Of a stretch of 64,000 bases of DNA, positions 26,030 to 37,104 are shown in pieces. The translations under genes were made by a program, and so were the position numbers. Source of the stretch: Eledone cirrhosa (Eukaryota). The first letter of the stretch is position 1; every line of letters begins with the position of its first letter. The DNA lies in contig OZ024753.1 of NCBI GenBank assembly GCA_964016885.1, positions 10,106,001 through 10,170,000 on the forward strand. The letters are read 5' to 3'. The notes below the pieces were generated by a model that saw only the letters and a list, made by a program, of their open reading frames with translations, did no database searches and was not told the origin of the DNA.

Positions 26030-27345
26030 GTGAAAGATCAGGTCGAGGGACCGTCATTCACTCACACAGACAACTCTGCCTGGCATTACATTGGATCCAC
26101 CGCAGGTTCTTCAAAAAAAGATGGTATGTGCACAGGCACTCGATGAAAAATCGTGCACTTATGGGTTCTACAACCCTCGCCAAAAAAATATAGGAACTGA
26201 AGGACAACAACACTAGCTACAGTATCAACTGGTCGAGGTTGTCAGCTGCTAAAACCTACAGTACAGGTATGTCCCACTGTAGGCTATGTGATCTAGAACT
26301 AATGTATATCCTTAAAAATGTAAAAAGGCTACTTAACAACAAGTTAGAAAGATCTATCTTCTGCAGACATAGAATTGCCACTAAATTCATAAGATTTAAA
26401 CCTCCATGAATCGAACCGACGTAACATAGCTTCCAACCGGGATACCCACTACTCTGCACGAATCACAACAGAAATATATTCATTAAGTACATTCTAGCCT
26501 TCTTAGTTCTATACCACACAAATGTCTGTAAGTACCTCATCAACCCATAAACTTATCTCTTCTCAGCTGCTGTCATCGCTTGATCCTAAATCCAAGAACA
26601 TTTCAAAATACTACTGCAATGGAACTTTACCTTCCTTTTGCTATAATTATAGTCAGCATGTTTTCTCTTTGTATGTATGTATGTATTTGTATGAGTGTGT
26701 GTGGATATGTATGTATATGTTTGTGTGCATGTGTGTGTATATATATATATATATATATTACCTCCTTAACCTCTGTATTAACTTGCCCATTATTTAGCTT
26801 TGTTAGCGTTGTCCTATACATGTATGTTATTGAGGATGGAAAAGATAGACAGATCTCTCATCTAATATAGACCACACAAATTCTACTACAGTGATAAATA
26901 CTTCATTGGTCAGATAAAAACTGACTATTACGGCCACCTGACCTACATTGTTTAAAAACAACGGCTTATCTTTACACTTGATATAATACACCCTACCTAC
27001 CCTACGACAGTCTTTACATGTCAATTTTATACATCTGCTTCATGTCAGCTAGTTTTACACGCTAAAATCATAGATATACTATACCCCCCACCTAGATTGA
27101 TGTTGTGATTATTTCAAATATTTTATTGCTAGCATTGTTGATATTGTTGTTATTGTTCTAACTGAATGCCATTACTACTACATATAGTAGCCTGTATATT
27201 CTCTTCATTCTCGCAAGCTCCGATGAACTGACTGGTTATAATTTTGTATTGGCGATCGAGTAACGCGAAAATAAGCGAATAGCGATCTCTAGACCTACCA
27301 GTTCAGAGAAACAATTGTCAGCAATGAGATTAAAAACCTTTTTTG
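26030..27345 (+). mobile_element. Penelope-like element 3' fragment: decayed GIY-YIG endonuclease plus 3' region ending in a hammerhead motif
   Basis: Translation with a frameshift and a stop: YIGST..FKKRWYVHRHSMKN..STTLAKKI*ELKDNN..YSINWS..CRLCDLE..LLNNKLE..CRHR. Hammerhead at 27209-27329. Confidence 0.85.
27209..27329 (+). ncRNA. Type I hammerhead ribozyme motif (PLE-associated; core CCGAUGA variant)
   Basis: Stem I TCTCG..GCT / AGC..TGAGA; CCGATGA; stem II CTGACTGGT/ACCAGTTCAG; GAAAC-AATT-GTC cleavage triplet with palindromic CAATTG. Confidence 0.7.
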
Positions 27346-27375
27346 TATAGCAAACCGTGTCACTCTTCTTTCCTG

Positions 27376-27426
<51 letters not shown>

Positions 27427-27626
27427 TAACGAAAGAGGTGTGGTAAGGAACCAGATGGACCATAACGCACCAGAGTACTCAATACTTAATGTAGTAGATT
27501 GGGTAATAGGAAAATGTTTAACCCTGACGGCAGAGCTCAAGCCGTTTCGACGGCTATTTCTGTAGTCCAGAAAAAGCCGTCGAAACGGCTTAGCTCTGCC
27601 GTCGGGGTTAAACATTTTCCTATATA

Positions 27627-27657
<31 letters not shown>

Positions 27658-27705
27658 TAAATGTTAGAGAAAACAATACCAAATTCTTGAACAAATATAT
27701 TTAAT

Positions 27706-27829
27706 GGCTTACAATTGTTTCGTAAATGATAACAACATGCTGTATGCACAGATGATAATTATCAGTTATAAAATCGATAATAGTAAATGATAATAAAAAG
27801 AAGTTTCATATGGTCACCTCTTCAAAGCC
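27706..27829 (-). ncRNA. Degenerate type I hammerhead motif
   Basis: Minus strand: GGCT-TTGAAGA-(long stem II)-GAAAC-AATT-GTA-AGCC. Confidence 0.5.
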
Positions 27830-28059
27830 GAAAAGAAATATAAAATTCAAAAATACATGTCACTGAAAATAGGGACATCATCATCATCATTATTTAATGT
27901 CCATCTTCCACGCTAGCATGGGTTAGACTACAATAAATGTAAAACATGAAGCATACCAGTCCACATATGAATTGATTATTCTCATAACTAATCTCTTATC
28001 TCTCCTCCTCGATTAGTTTGTATGCATAATTTATAAATATATATATATATCATCATCAG

Positions 28060-28573
28060 TAGACAGCTTCTGCTACCTAGGTGACCGAATTAGCAGCGGA
28101 GGTGGGTGTTCAGAAAGTACAATAACTAGGGTAAGAACGGGATGGAAGAAGTTTAGGGAACTACTACCACTGCTAGGTGCAAAAGGCTTCTCCCTCAGAA
28201 TGAAAGGCAGACTGTATGATGCGTGTATCCGAACAGCGATGTTGCATGGTAGTGAGACCTGGGCACTGAAGGTGGAAGACTTACATAGATTAGAGAGAAA
28301 CGAAGCCTGCATGCTCCGATGGATGTGTAACAGTAATATACGTGAACGACAAAGCATAAATGAATTGAGAGAGAGACTGAGCATAAGAGGAATCAAATGC
28401 TGTGTGCAGGAGAGGCGGTTACGCTGGTATGGACATGTGATGTGTATGAAGGTGACAGCTGCATAAAAAGGTGCAGAGCACTAGAAGTCGATAGAAACTG
28501 CGGAGTGGGGAGACCCAAGATGACCTGGGATGAGGTGATAAAAGCCGACCTTACCCAATTACACCTCTCAAAG
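28060..28573 (+). mobile_element. RTE LINE fragment (same family as 4705-5935), runs into the gap
   Basis: GWKKFRELLPLL..MLHGSETW..RRLRWYGHV..GRPKMTW with a frameshift. Confidence 0.93.
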
Positions 28574-28773
28574 NNNNNNNNNNNNNNNNNNNNNNNNNNN
28601 NNNNNNNNNNNNNNNNNNNNNNNNNNNNNNNNNNNNNNNNNNNNNNNNNNNNNNNNNNNNNNNNNNNNNNNNNNNNNNNNNNNNNNNNNNNNNNNNNNNN
28701 NNNNNNNNNNNNNNNNNNNNNNNNNNNNNNNNNNNNNNNNNNNNNNNNNNNNNNNNNNNNNNNNNNNNNNNNN
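28574..28773. other. Assembly gap (200 N)
   Basis: Run of n. Confidence 1.
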
Positions 28774-28784
28774 GAAAAACATTG

Positions 28785-29110
28785 AATGAGGGTCGGCTGA
28801 CAAGTTCATAGTCTGACCAAGATACTCTCATGGAATGACCAAATGAGGTTTATTTTTCAACATAGTCCCTGGAAAGAAACAACACAGTTATTAACAAAAA
28901 GAGTTGACATTAATGCATGAAAGATTTCACAGCTCTAGCATCACTCATTCATAGTCTGACCAAGATACTCTCATGGAATGACCAAATGAGGATTATTTTT
29001 CAACATAGTCCCTGGAAAGAAACAACACAGTTATTAACAAAAAGAGTTGACATTAATGCATGAAAGATTTCACAGCTCTAGCATAACTCCTTCATAGTCA
29101 GCCTATCCTC
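28785..29110. mobile_element. Mariner-like MITE fragment with a 143-bp tandem duplication
   Basis: TGAGGGTCGGCTGACAAGTTCATAG terminus. Repeat starts at 28808, 28951 and 29094. Confidence 0.6.
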
Positions 29111-29261
29111 CTTGTATATAATGAAGTATTTAATTGAAGGTACAAGTTATGGTAATGCTAATGATATAATGATACAACGATGAATTAACAATTATATAGT
29201 AGGGTAATTATTGTGCCTTAGCTTTCTTTAAACTATGGAATTCCCTGCTAATATTTAAATA

Positions 29262-29915
29262 ATCATCATCATCGTTTTATGTCCATTGTTCCATGCTAGC
29301 ATGGGTTAGACGGATTGTCCTGTTGTGGGCAATGACAGGTCAGGTGACCATATCTTGGTCATACAGAACTGATTTGGGCTTGATTTCTACAGCTGGATGC
29401 TCTTCCTAACACCAACCTCATTTACAGTGAGTGCTGGGTGCTTTTTTGCCATGGCGCATACACAACCACTTTACAGTGTGGACTGGGTGCTTTTTACTGT
29501 GGGGCCTACACGACCACTTTACAGTGTGGACTGGGTGCTTTTTACTGTGGTGCCTACACGACTACTTTACAGTGTGGACTGGGTGATTTTTACTGTGGGG
29601 CCTACACGACTACTTTACAGTGTGGACTGGGTGCTTTTTACTGTGGTGCCTACACGACCACTTTACAGTGTGGACTGGGTGGTTTTTACTGTGGGGCCTA
29701 CACGACCACTTTACAGTGTGGACTGGGTGCTTTTTACTGTGGTGCCTACACGACTACTTTACAGTGTGGACTGGGTGATTTTTACTGTGGCGCCTACACG
29801 ACTACTTTACAGTGTGGACTGGGTGATTTTTACTGTGGCGCCTACACGACCACTTTACAGTGTGGACTGGGTGATTTTTTTGTTGTGACGCCTACACGAC
29901 CACTTTACAGTGGGT
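29262..29915 (-). mobile_element. SINE-A/RTE tail with expanded ~48-bp minisatellite, minus strand
   Basis: (ATC)n end, reverse tail, about 10 units. Confidence 0.9.
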
Positions 29916-30222
29916 GTGGGGGAGAATACTGTCTATATGTTTCAGCTTTGGCTTGTACCTGTGGGAAGTCAGGTCTTCTGTATTACTGCGTAACACCAGA
30001 GGTCTTGGTCTTGTGTCTTCGCCTTTGAGATGTGCAATTGGGCAAGATCAGCTTTTATCACCTCATGCCAGGTCTTTTGGGGTCTTCCCAATCCAAGGCT
30101 TCCATTGACTTTTAGAGCTCTGGACGTGTCAGTAATTCATAAACACTTACCATTCATTCAGATTCTAATTAAACGAGTTATCTTTTCATTTTAATTTTTT
30201 AGCATTTTCATTACTCTATGTA

Positions 30223-31690
30223 ATAATTGTTTCTACTTTTGGCACAAGGCCAGCAATTATCCCAGTGCATTACTGGTACTTTATTTTATCGACCCCCGTA
30301 AGGATGAAAGAAAGGCTTACTTAACCTCGGCAGGATTTGAACTCAGAATGGCAAGGGCCGTAACTCTATGCGTCAAAGCATGGCTTCCGACCCTCTACCG
30401 GATACTGCCAATCCATCGCTTATATGATTAATAATATATTGTATATTCGGGCCATCAGTTTGTTTAATTTCCTTATCTATGGCAGTGTTTGTTTTGCCAG
30501 ATGATGTCAACTGTTTTTGTCATCTGGCTGTTTATATTAGCATTCATTATTATTTTATTATGTCCCTTTACGATCTGATTTCAAATCCCGCCGAGGTTGA
30601 CTTTGCCTTTCATCCTTACGGGGTCGATAAAATAAAGTACCAGTAATGCACTGAGGTAATTGCTGGCCTTGTGCCTAAAGTAGAAACAATTATTATTGTA
30701 TTATTATTATTGTTATTATTGGGAGTGGTGGTGGATTCAGGTGGATTCGCGTTGGACACCATGCTTTGCAGCATAGAGTTACGGCCCTTTACGTTCTGAG
30801 TTTACATCTCACCGAGGTTAGCTTTGCCTTTCATCCTTATGGGATCAATAAAATAAAGTACCTGCCACGTACTGGGGTTGATTTATTCGACTTTACCCTC
30901 CCCCCAAATTACTGGCCTTGTGCCTATACTAGAAATTATTATTATTGTTTGGCAGTATCGGTAAGGGTCGGACGCCATGCTTTGAAGCATAGAGTTACCT
31001 CCCTTTATGATCTGAGTTCAAATCCCGCCGAGGTTAACTTTGCCTTTCATCCGTACGGGGGTCGATAAAATAAAGTACCAGTAATGCACTGAGATAATTG
31101 CTGGCCTTGTGCCAAAAGTAGAAACAATTATTATTATTATTATTATCATTGTTTTGTTTTATATTTTTTCATTGTTAAATTGGTTTTGCTATTGTGCTCA
31201 AGCTTATTGCAAACCCCTACTCTCCTTGTCTTTGTATTGTCCCCTTACATGTTGGCCTATATGGCCAATAAATGAAATTGTGGATTGGCAGTATCGGTAG
31301 AGGGTCGGACACCATGATTTGCAGCATAGAGTTACGGCCCTTTACTGTCTGAGTTCAAATCCCGCTGAGGTTATCTGTGCCTTTCATCCTTACGGGGTCG
31401 ATAGAATAAAGTACCAGTGATGCACTGGGGGTAATTGCTGGCCTTGTGCCAAAAGTAGGAACTTTATTATTATTATTGTCCTCTTAATGTAAGTAAGCCC
31501 TGTGTGACGACTAATGAAGAAACCATTAATAGTTTGGCAGTATCGGTAGAGCGTCAGAAGTTAGCTTTGCCTTTCATCCTTATGGGGTTGATAAAATGAA
31601 GTACCAGTCATGTACTGGGGTCGATTTAATAAACTTTCCCCTCCCCCCAAAATTGTTGGCTTTGTGCCTATATAGGAAACCATTATTATT
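30223..31690. mobile_element. Cluster of six SINE-B copies (one minus at 30223-30420, five plus) with interleaved Tx1-like 3' tails
   Basis: Repeated GCCTTTCATCCTTA..GGGGTCGATAAAATAAAGTACC cores separated by (ATT)n. Confidence 0.9.
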
Positions 31691-31748
31691 ATTGTATATT
31701 TTAGATATTTATATTCTCTTCTTTCTTTCTTTCTTTCTTTCTGTGCAG

Positions 31749-31967
31749 GTGTCAGCTACGTTTGCAGCCAGTCTAGTCACAAGTCCTGCCATTGGGGCAT
31801 ATTTGGAGCGGTTGTACAGTGATACTCTGGTGATATGGCTAGCAACAGCTGTAGCTGTGCTGGATATTTTGTTCATATTAGTTGCTGTCCCAGAATCCTT
31901 ACCTGAAAAGTTACGCCCTGCTAGTTGGGGATCACAGATTTCATGGGACAAAGCCGACCCCTTTGGT
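31749..31967 (+). CDS. MFSD14A: MFSD14A/B exon (VSATFAASLVTSPAIGAYL...VPESLPEKLRPASWGSQISWDKADPFG)
   Basis: Long (CTTT) tract plus CAG acceptor, GTAAAT donor, 219 nt, phase 0/0. PESL motif and HIAT1 similarity. Confidence 0.97.
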
Positions 31968-32095
31968 GTAAATATTTATTTATTTTATTCATTTATATAT
32001 TTTTATAAAATCCATTTGTTTGTGTGTTTGTGTGTGTGTATGTGTGTGTTTGTGAAGATGAAATTGTAACATTTTCTTTTTTCTTTTATCCCCAG

Positions 32096-32209
32096 TCATT
32101 GAAAAAACTTGGCAAAGACCGGCTTATATTAATGCTCTGTGTAGCTGTCTTTTTATCGTACCTGCCTGAAGCTGGAGAATATTCTTGTTTCTTCGTCTAT
32201 TTAAGATTG
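32096..32209 (+). CDS. MFSD14A: MFSD14A/B exon (SLKKLGKDRLILMLCVAVFLSYLPEAGEYSCFFVYLRL)
   Basis: CAG acceptor, GTAAGA donor, 114 nt, phase 0/0. FLSYLPEAG motif. Confidence 0.97.
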
Positions 32210-32719
32210 GTAAGATCTTTGTTCTATTGAAACTAACCTCTGATGTACACCTGACCATTACTACTGTTAAATTTTCAATAGGTTAACCCTTTTAATACCA
32301 ATCAAACTCTGGTCCTTTGAAACTAAATTACTCTTTTTAAAGAGTTCCTATTCATATTAATATCTTCCAGACTGTATGTGAGATACAGACATCTCCCAGG
32401 CTTGTCTGTGAGGTCAGTAGCCCTGCTTCAGTACTGATTTAGTCTGTGTAGACCGGTCCAACCCTTGCTAGTAGGGAAAGCAGGCGTTAAAATGATGATG
32501 ATAATCTTATAAAGTCGAAAGGTGCCAGTTAGAAAATGGATCTACTTGTAGGATGTTATATGGGTTCCAGGTTTTTTTTAAGGCATGCGTTTCATTTGAT
32601 TTGATTGTTAAATAAAAACCTGTTACATTTAGAAGATAGCGCTGTTGTTGTCTGCTAAAAGGAAGTAAACAAAAAAAAATTGAGAAACTTGTTGGAAGTT
32701 TTATAAAACAGATGTCTCT

Positions 32720-32960
32720 AAAGTCTAAGGTCTGTCTTGAGCTTGCAGGCTCATCAGGCTGGTACTTATGTCTTGTTTCTGTAACATAAAGCGACTGAGA
32801 GTACAAGACACCTCCTGGACATGATGCCAGTCTATCGTTGGGTTAAACCTCCAGCTATTACAGGTACTCATTTTCAGTTGAGTATACTGGAACAACGTGA
32901 AATGTGGTGTTTTGCTCAAAAACACATCACACAACCCAGTCCAGGAATTGACCCCATGAC
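32720..32960 (-). mobile_element. tRNA-derived SINE (same family as 55109-55388)
   Basis: Direct homology to 55109-55388. Confidence 0.8.
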
Positions 32961-33294
32961 ATTATAAAACAGATGAAAGGGTAAAAAAAAATCATTATGC
33001 TATGATTGAACCTTTGATAAAGTATAAAGATCCCATAGCTCCTTGAGAAGTCACAGAAGCGCCTTCATACATCATTTTTAAACCTGGCAGAGTACAACCC
33101 TCTCCAGGTCTGAACACAGCCAATTTTTTTCTATAGAGGAAGAATCAACTCCGGTACTGGACTGGTACTTTATTTTCATCGACTTCGGAGGGATGAAACC
33201 CAAAGTTGGCCACGGCAGGATTTGAACTCAGAGCATGCAATGAAGTGAGACGAATACCGTAGAGTATTCATAGACTATATGTCCCCACACCCTC

Positions 33295-34405
33295 CCACTG
33301 CAAATTGGTCGTCGAGGTGCCACGGCAAAAAAGCACCCAGCCCACACTGCAAAGTGGACGTGGAGGTGCCACGGCAAAAAAGCACCCAGCCCACACTGTA
33401 AAGTGGATGTGTAGGCACCACGGCAAAAAAGCACCCAGCCCACACTGTAAAGTGGATGTGTAGGCACCACGGCAAAAAAGCACCCAGCCCACACTGTAAA
33501 GTGGATGTGTAGGCGCCACAGCAAAAAAGCACCCAGCCCACACTGTAAAGTGGATGTGTAGGCACCACGGCAAAAAAGCACCCAGCCCACACTGTAAAGT
33601 GGATGTGTAGGCGCCACAGCAAAAAAGCACCCAGCCCACACTGTAAAGTGGATGTGTAGGCACCACGGCAAAAAAGCACCCAGCCCACACTGTAAAGTGG
33701 ATGTGTAGGCGCCACAGCAAAAAAGCACCCAGCCCACACTGTAAAGTGGATGTATAGGCGCCACGGCAAAAAAGCACCCAGCCCACACTGTAAAGTGGAT
33801 GTGTAGGCGCCACGGCAAAAAAGCACCCAGCCCACACTGTAAAGTGGATGTATAGGCGCCACGGCAAAAAAGCACCCAGCCCACACTGCAAAGTGGACGT
33901 GTAGGCGCCACGGCAAAAAAGCACCCAGCCCACACTGTAAAGTGGATGTATAGGCTCCATGGCAAAAAAGCACCCAGCCCACACTGCAAAGTGGACGTGT
34001 AGGCGCCACGGCAAAAAAGCACCCAGCCCACACTGCAAAGTGGACGTGGAGGTACCACGGCAAAAAAGCACCCAGCCCACACTGTAAAGTGGACGTGTAG
34101 ACGCCACGGAAAAAAGCACCCAGCCCACACTGCAAAGTGGACGTGGAGGTACCACGGCAAAAAAGCACCCAGCCCACACTGTAAAGTGGACGTGTAGACG
34201 CCACGGAAAAAAGCACCCAGCACTCACTGTAAATGAGGTTGGTGTTAGGAAGGGCATCCAGCTGTAGAAATCAAGCCAGAATCAGTTCCTGTATGAGCAA
34301 GGCATGGTCAGCCGACCAGACACTGCCCACAACAGGACAACCCGTCTAACCCATGCTAGCATTGAAGGACGGACGTAAAACGGTGATGATGATGATGATG
34401 ATGAT
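33295..34405 (+). mobile_element. SINE-A tail with ~19-unit ~49-bp minisatellite expansion and (GAT)n end
   Basis: GCACCCAGCCCACACTGTAAAGTGGA units followed by the standard tail. Confidence 0.93.
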
Positions 34406-34547
34406 TCTATCCGATGTCATAACATGCTAACCACTTCACTACCAGGCTTCATTTACTAATGTGGTAATAGACACGTTTATAATGGTGTCATTATCAAGTT
34501 GATTTATTCTAACACTAACTACTGATATTATGACATTTTATTATTAT

Positions 34548-35770
34548 TCGGTGGGTTGTCAGTATCGGTAGAGGGTCGGACGCCATGCTTTGACGCAAAG
34601 AGTTAAGGCCCTTTCCATTCTGAGTTCAAATCCCGCCGAGGTTAACTTTGCCTTTCATCCTTACTGGGTCGATAAAATAAAGTACTAGTAATGTACTGGG
34701 GTAATTGCTGGCCTTATTATTAAGGGTTAGAAGGGCGGTGGATTGGCAGTATCAGTAGAGTGTCAGACACCATGCTTTGCAGTATAGAGTTACAGCCCTT
34801 TATGATCTGAGTTCAAATCCAGCCGAGGTTAACTTTGCTTTTCATCCTTACGGGGGTCGATAAAATAAAGTACCAGTAGTGCAATGGGGTCGATTTAATG
34901 GACTTTCTCCTCCCCTAAAATTGCTGGCCTTGTGCCTATAGTAGAAGCAATTATTAAGGGTTAGGGTTAGTTGCGAAATAGGTTGTATGGTGGAGCAGGT
35001 TGAAAGGCCTGAAGACAGACACTTTTCTCTTCGGCCAATCCCTCATCAACTTTTTCAAGTTTCACCTGGAAAGGAAGGTGAGGGTGGAGAGAGAAGTGCT
35101 GCCCCCTCCCAGTACATTTGCTAAAAGGTGGATGAATGTGGCGAGAATGGCCCGTGTGAGTGGGCCTACTCTGACCATGCGCCTGTAGGCTGGTTAATCT
35201 GGGGAGGAGTGGGGTGCCTGGTCCCCCCCCCCCCCCTATTGGGTGAATTTATTTTGTTATATGAATACATAGTTTATTTTATACTTTCATTGTTAAATTA
35301 GTCTTGCCATTGTGCACTTTTACTCGAGCTTATTGTAAACCCCCTACTGTCCCTGTCTTTTGTTTGTCCCCTACATGTCGGCCCTTGTGGCCGATAAATG
35401 AAATCATTATTATTAGTGAATTGGCAGTATCGGCAGAGGGTCAGACGCCATGCTTTGATGCATAGAGTTACGGCCCTTGCCATTCTGAGATCAAATCCCG
35501 CCGAAGTTAACTTTGCCTTTCATCCTTACGGGGTTGATAAAATAAAGCACCAGTAATGCACTGGGTAATTGCTGGCCTTGTGCCAAAAGTAGAAACAATT
35601 ATTATTATTATTATTATTAAGGGTAGTGGATTGGCAGAATTGTGTGTCAAATGAAATGTTTTGATAGTCCTTTTTACTCTTTACATTTTGAGTTCAAATC
35701 CTGCAACGGTCAACTTTGACTTTCGTCTTTCTGGAGACAATAAAATAAGGCACCAGTAACACACAGGGGT
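34548..35770 (+). mobile_element. Stack of four SINE-B copies around a Tx1/L1-like 3' fragment
   Basis: Copies at ~34548, ~34732, ~35417 and ~35622. Confidence 0.88.
34972..35415 (+). mobile_element. 3' end of an L1/Tx1-like LINE (VVWWSRLKGLK...STFAKRW...; 3'UTR; (ATT)n tail)
   Basis: Short ORF end resembling Tx1-type ORF2 C-termini. The 3'UTR recurs at 31165-31280. Confidence 0.6.
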
Positions 35771-35808
35771 CCATTTATCTCATTGCTTTACCATTTCTTC
35801 CTGTCCAG

Positions 35809-35880
35809 GTCATGGGATTTTCTGCTGAAGAAGTCGCCTCTTTCATTGCTGTTGTTGGGGTTTTATCTGTAGTCGCACAA
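35809..35880 (+). CDS. MFSD14A: MFSD14A/B exon (VMGFSAEEVASFIAVVGVLSVVAQ)
   Basis: CAG acceptor, GTAAGT donor, 72 nt in frame. Confidence 0.95.
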
Positions 35881-36130
35881 GTAAGTTGACATTTTACTGG
35901 TTTAGAAACTTTACAGCAGAACGCTTATATATTCAGTGTGTGTGTTTGTGTGTGTGCGTGTGTGTGTGTCTTTGCCTGTTTGTGTTTGGGTGTCTGTGTG
36001 TGTGTGTATGCTAAAGGGTTAATGTTTGTAGTATCATTTAGTAGAATGTTATTATTAAATAATAAAGTATATGCTATTATAGGTACTGGAGTTTATAAAC
36101 ATTCACTTTTAATGTTTCTTCCTTATTTAG

Positions 36131-36243
36131 ACATTGGTTCTAACTCTGCTAATGAGATATCTTGGATATAAACATGCTATTATGTTTGGTCTAGTCTTTG
36201 AAATGGTCCAACTTGCCTGTTATGGATTTGGATCGCAGACTTG
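36131..36243 (+). CDS. MFSD14A: MFSD14A/B exon (TLVLTLLMRYLGYKHAIMFGLVFEMVQLACYGFGSQT[W])
   Basis: TAG acceptor, GTGAGT donor, ends in phase 2. Confidence 0.95.
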
Positions 36244-36442
36244 GTGAGTAAAATTCATTAAATTATCAGCTATATTGTTTGTGTTTTTTTAATATTTTTT
36301 TTTTTACTTTAGCTGGGATTTCCAATTTGACTATCTTTACCTGTTCAAGATATAACTTGTTATTGGCTGTTTGAAATTTGGTTCACGTATTACCATTGAT
36401 CATTTGGTCAGTAGTCAAGTAATTAGGTTCCTCACTCGTATA

Positions 36443-36636
36443 TACGAAGTGGTGCTGAAAAGTTTCTGGCTTTAAGGGTATCGCGAAAGGGTAGAGCTGT
36501 TACCTTTACAGGGGAGGTAAGACTGCTTTAATAAGTGTGTGGATCTGTGAGGGGAATATGTTGAATAAAATCATAATTAACTGATCCTCTTGTATTTTCT
36601 TTTACCCAAAGCCAGGAACTTTTCATCACCCCTGTG
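36443..36636. mobile_element. Mariner-like MITE
   Basis: Inverted termini GGTGCTGAAAAGTTTCTGGCTTT / AAAGCCAGGAACTTTTCATCACC in a TA context. Confidence 0.75.
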
Positions 36637-36845
36637 TGTATATATATGTATTTATATATAAATTAGAAATAGAAGCTTTCACTGCATTTTTGACTGAAAT
36701 TTTAGCCTGATAGTGGGGTTTAGAACCCTCAGAGAAATGGAAAAAGATGAGTATTGAGGTTAAAGTTTTTTTAGTCAAAAATACGGCAAAAGCTACTATT
36801 TCTAATTTTCAAACTTGAAACTCTGTTTCAAAATGTACCTACTTG

Positions 36846-36877
<32 letters not shown>

Positions 36878-36940
36878 TTATTTCAGAGTGGTCTACCCTT
36901 GGTGGTAGGGTCCGTCTCGTAGATAGAACTCAATGTAATC

Positions 36941-37006
<66 letters not shown>

Positions 37007-37104
37007 TACAGTTAAATTCCATTATAACGAAATACGAAATTCATGGAATATAAAAAAAAATTTGTTATAATGAGATCGACCAAAATAAATTGAATGTTTG
37101 TTTG

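Noticed and set aside
33228-34257. Three overlapping ~320-aa ORFs (similar ones at 3749-4681, 29397-30028 and 37424-37999)
   Set aside because: Translations of the SINE-tail minisatellite.
34955-34970. TTAGGG telomere-like repeats at a LINE 5' junction
   Set aside because: Only about two units, compatible with chance.
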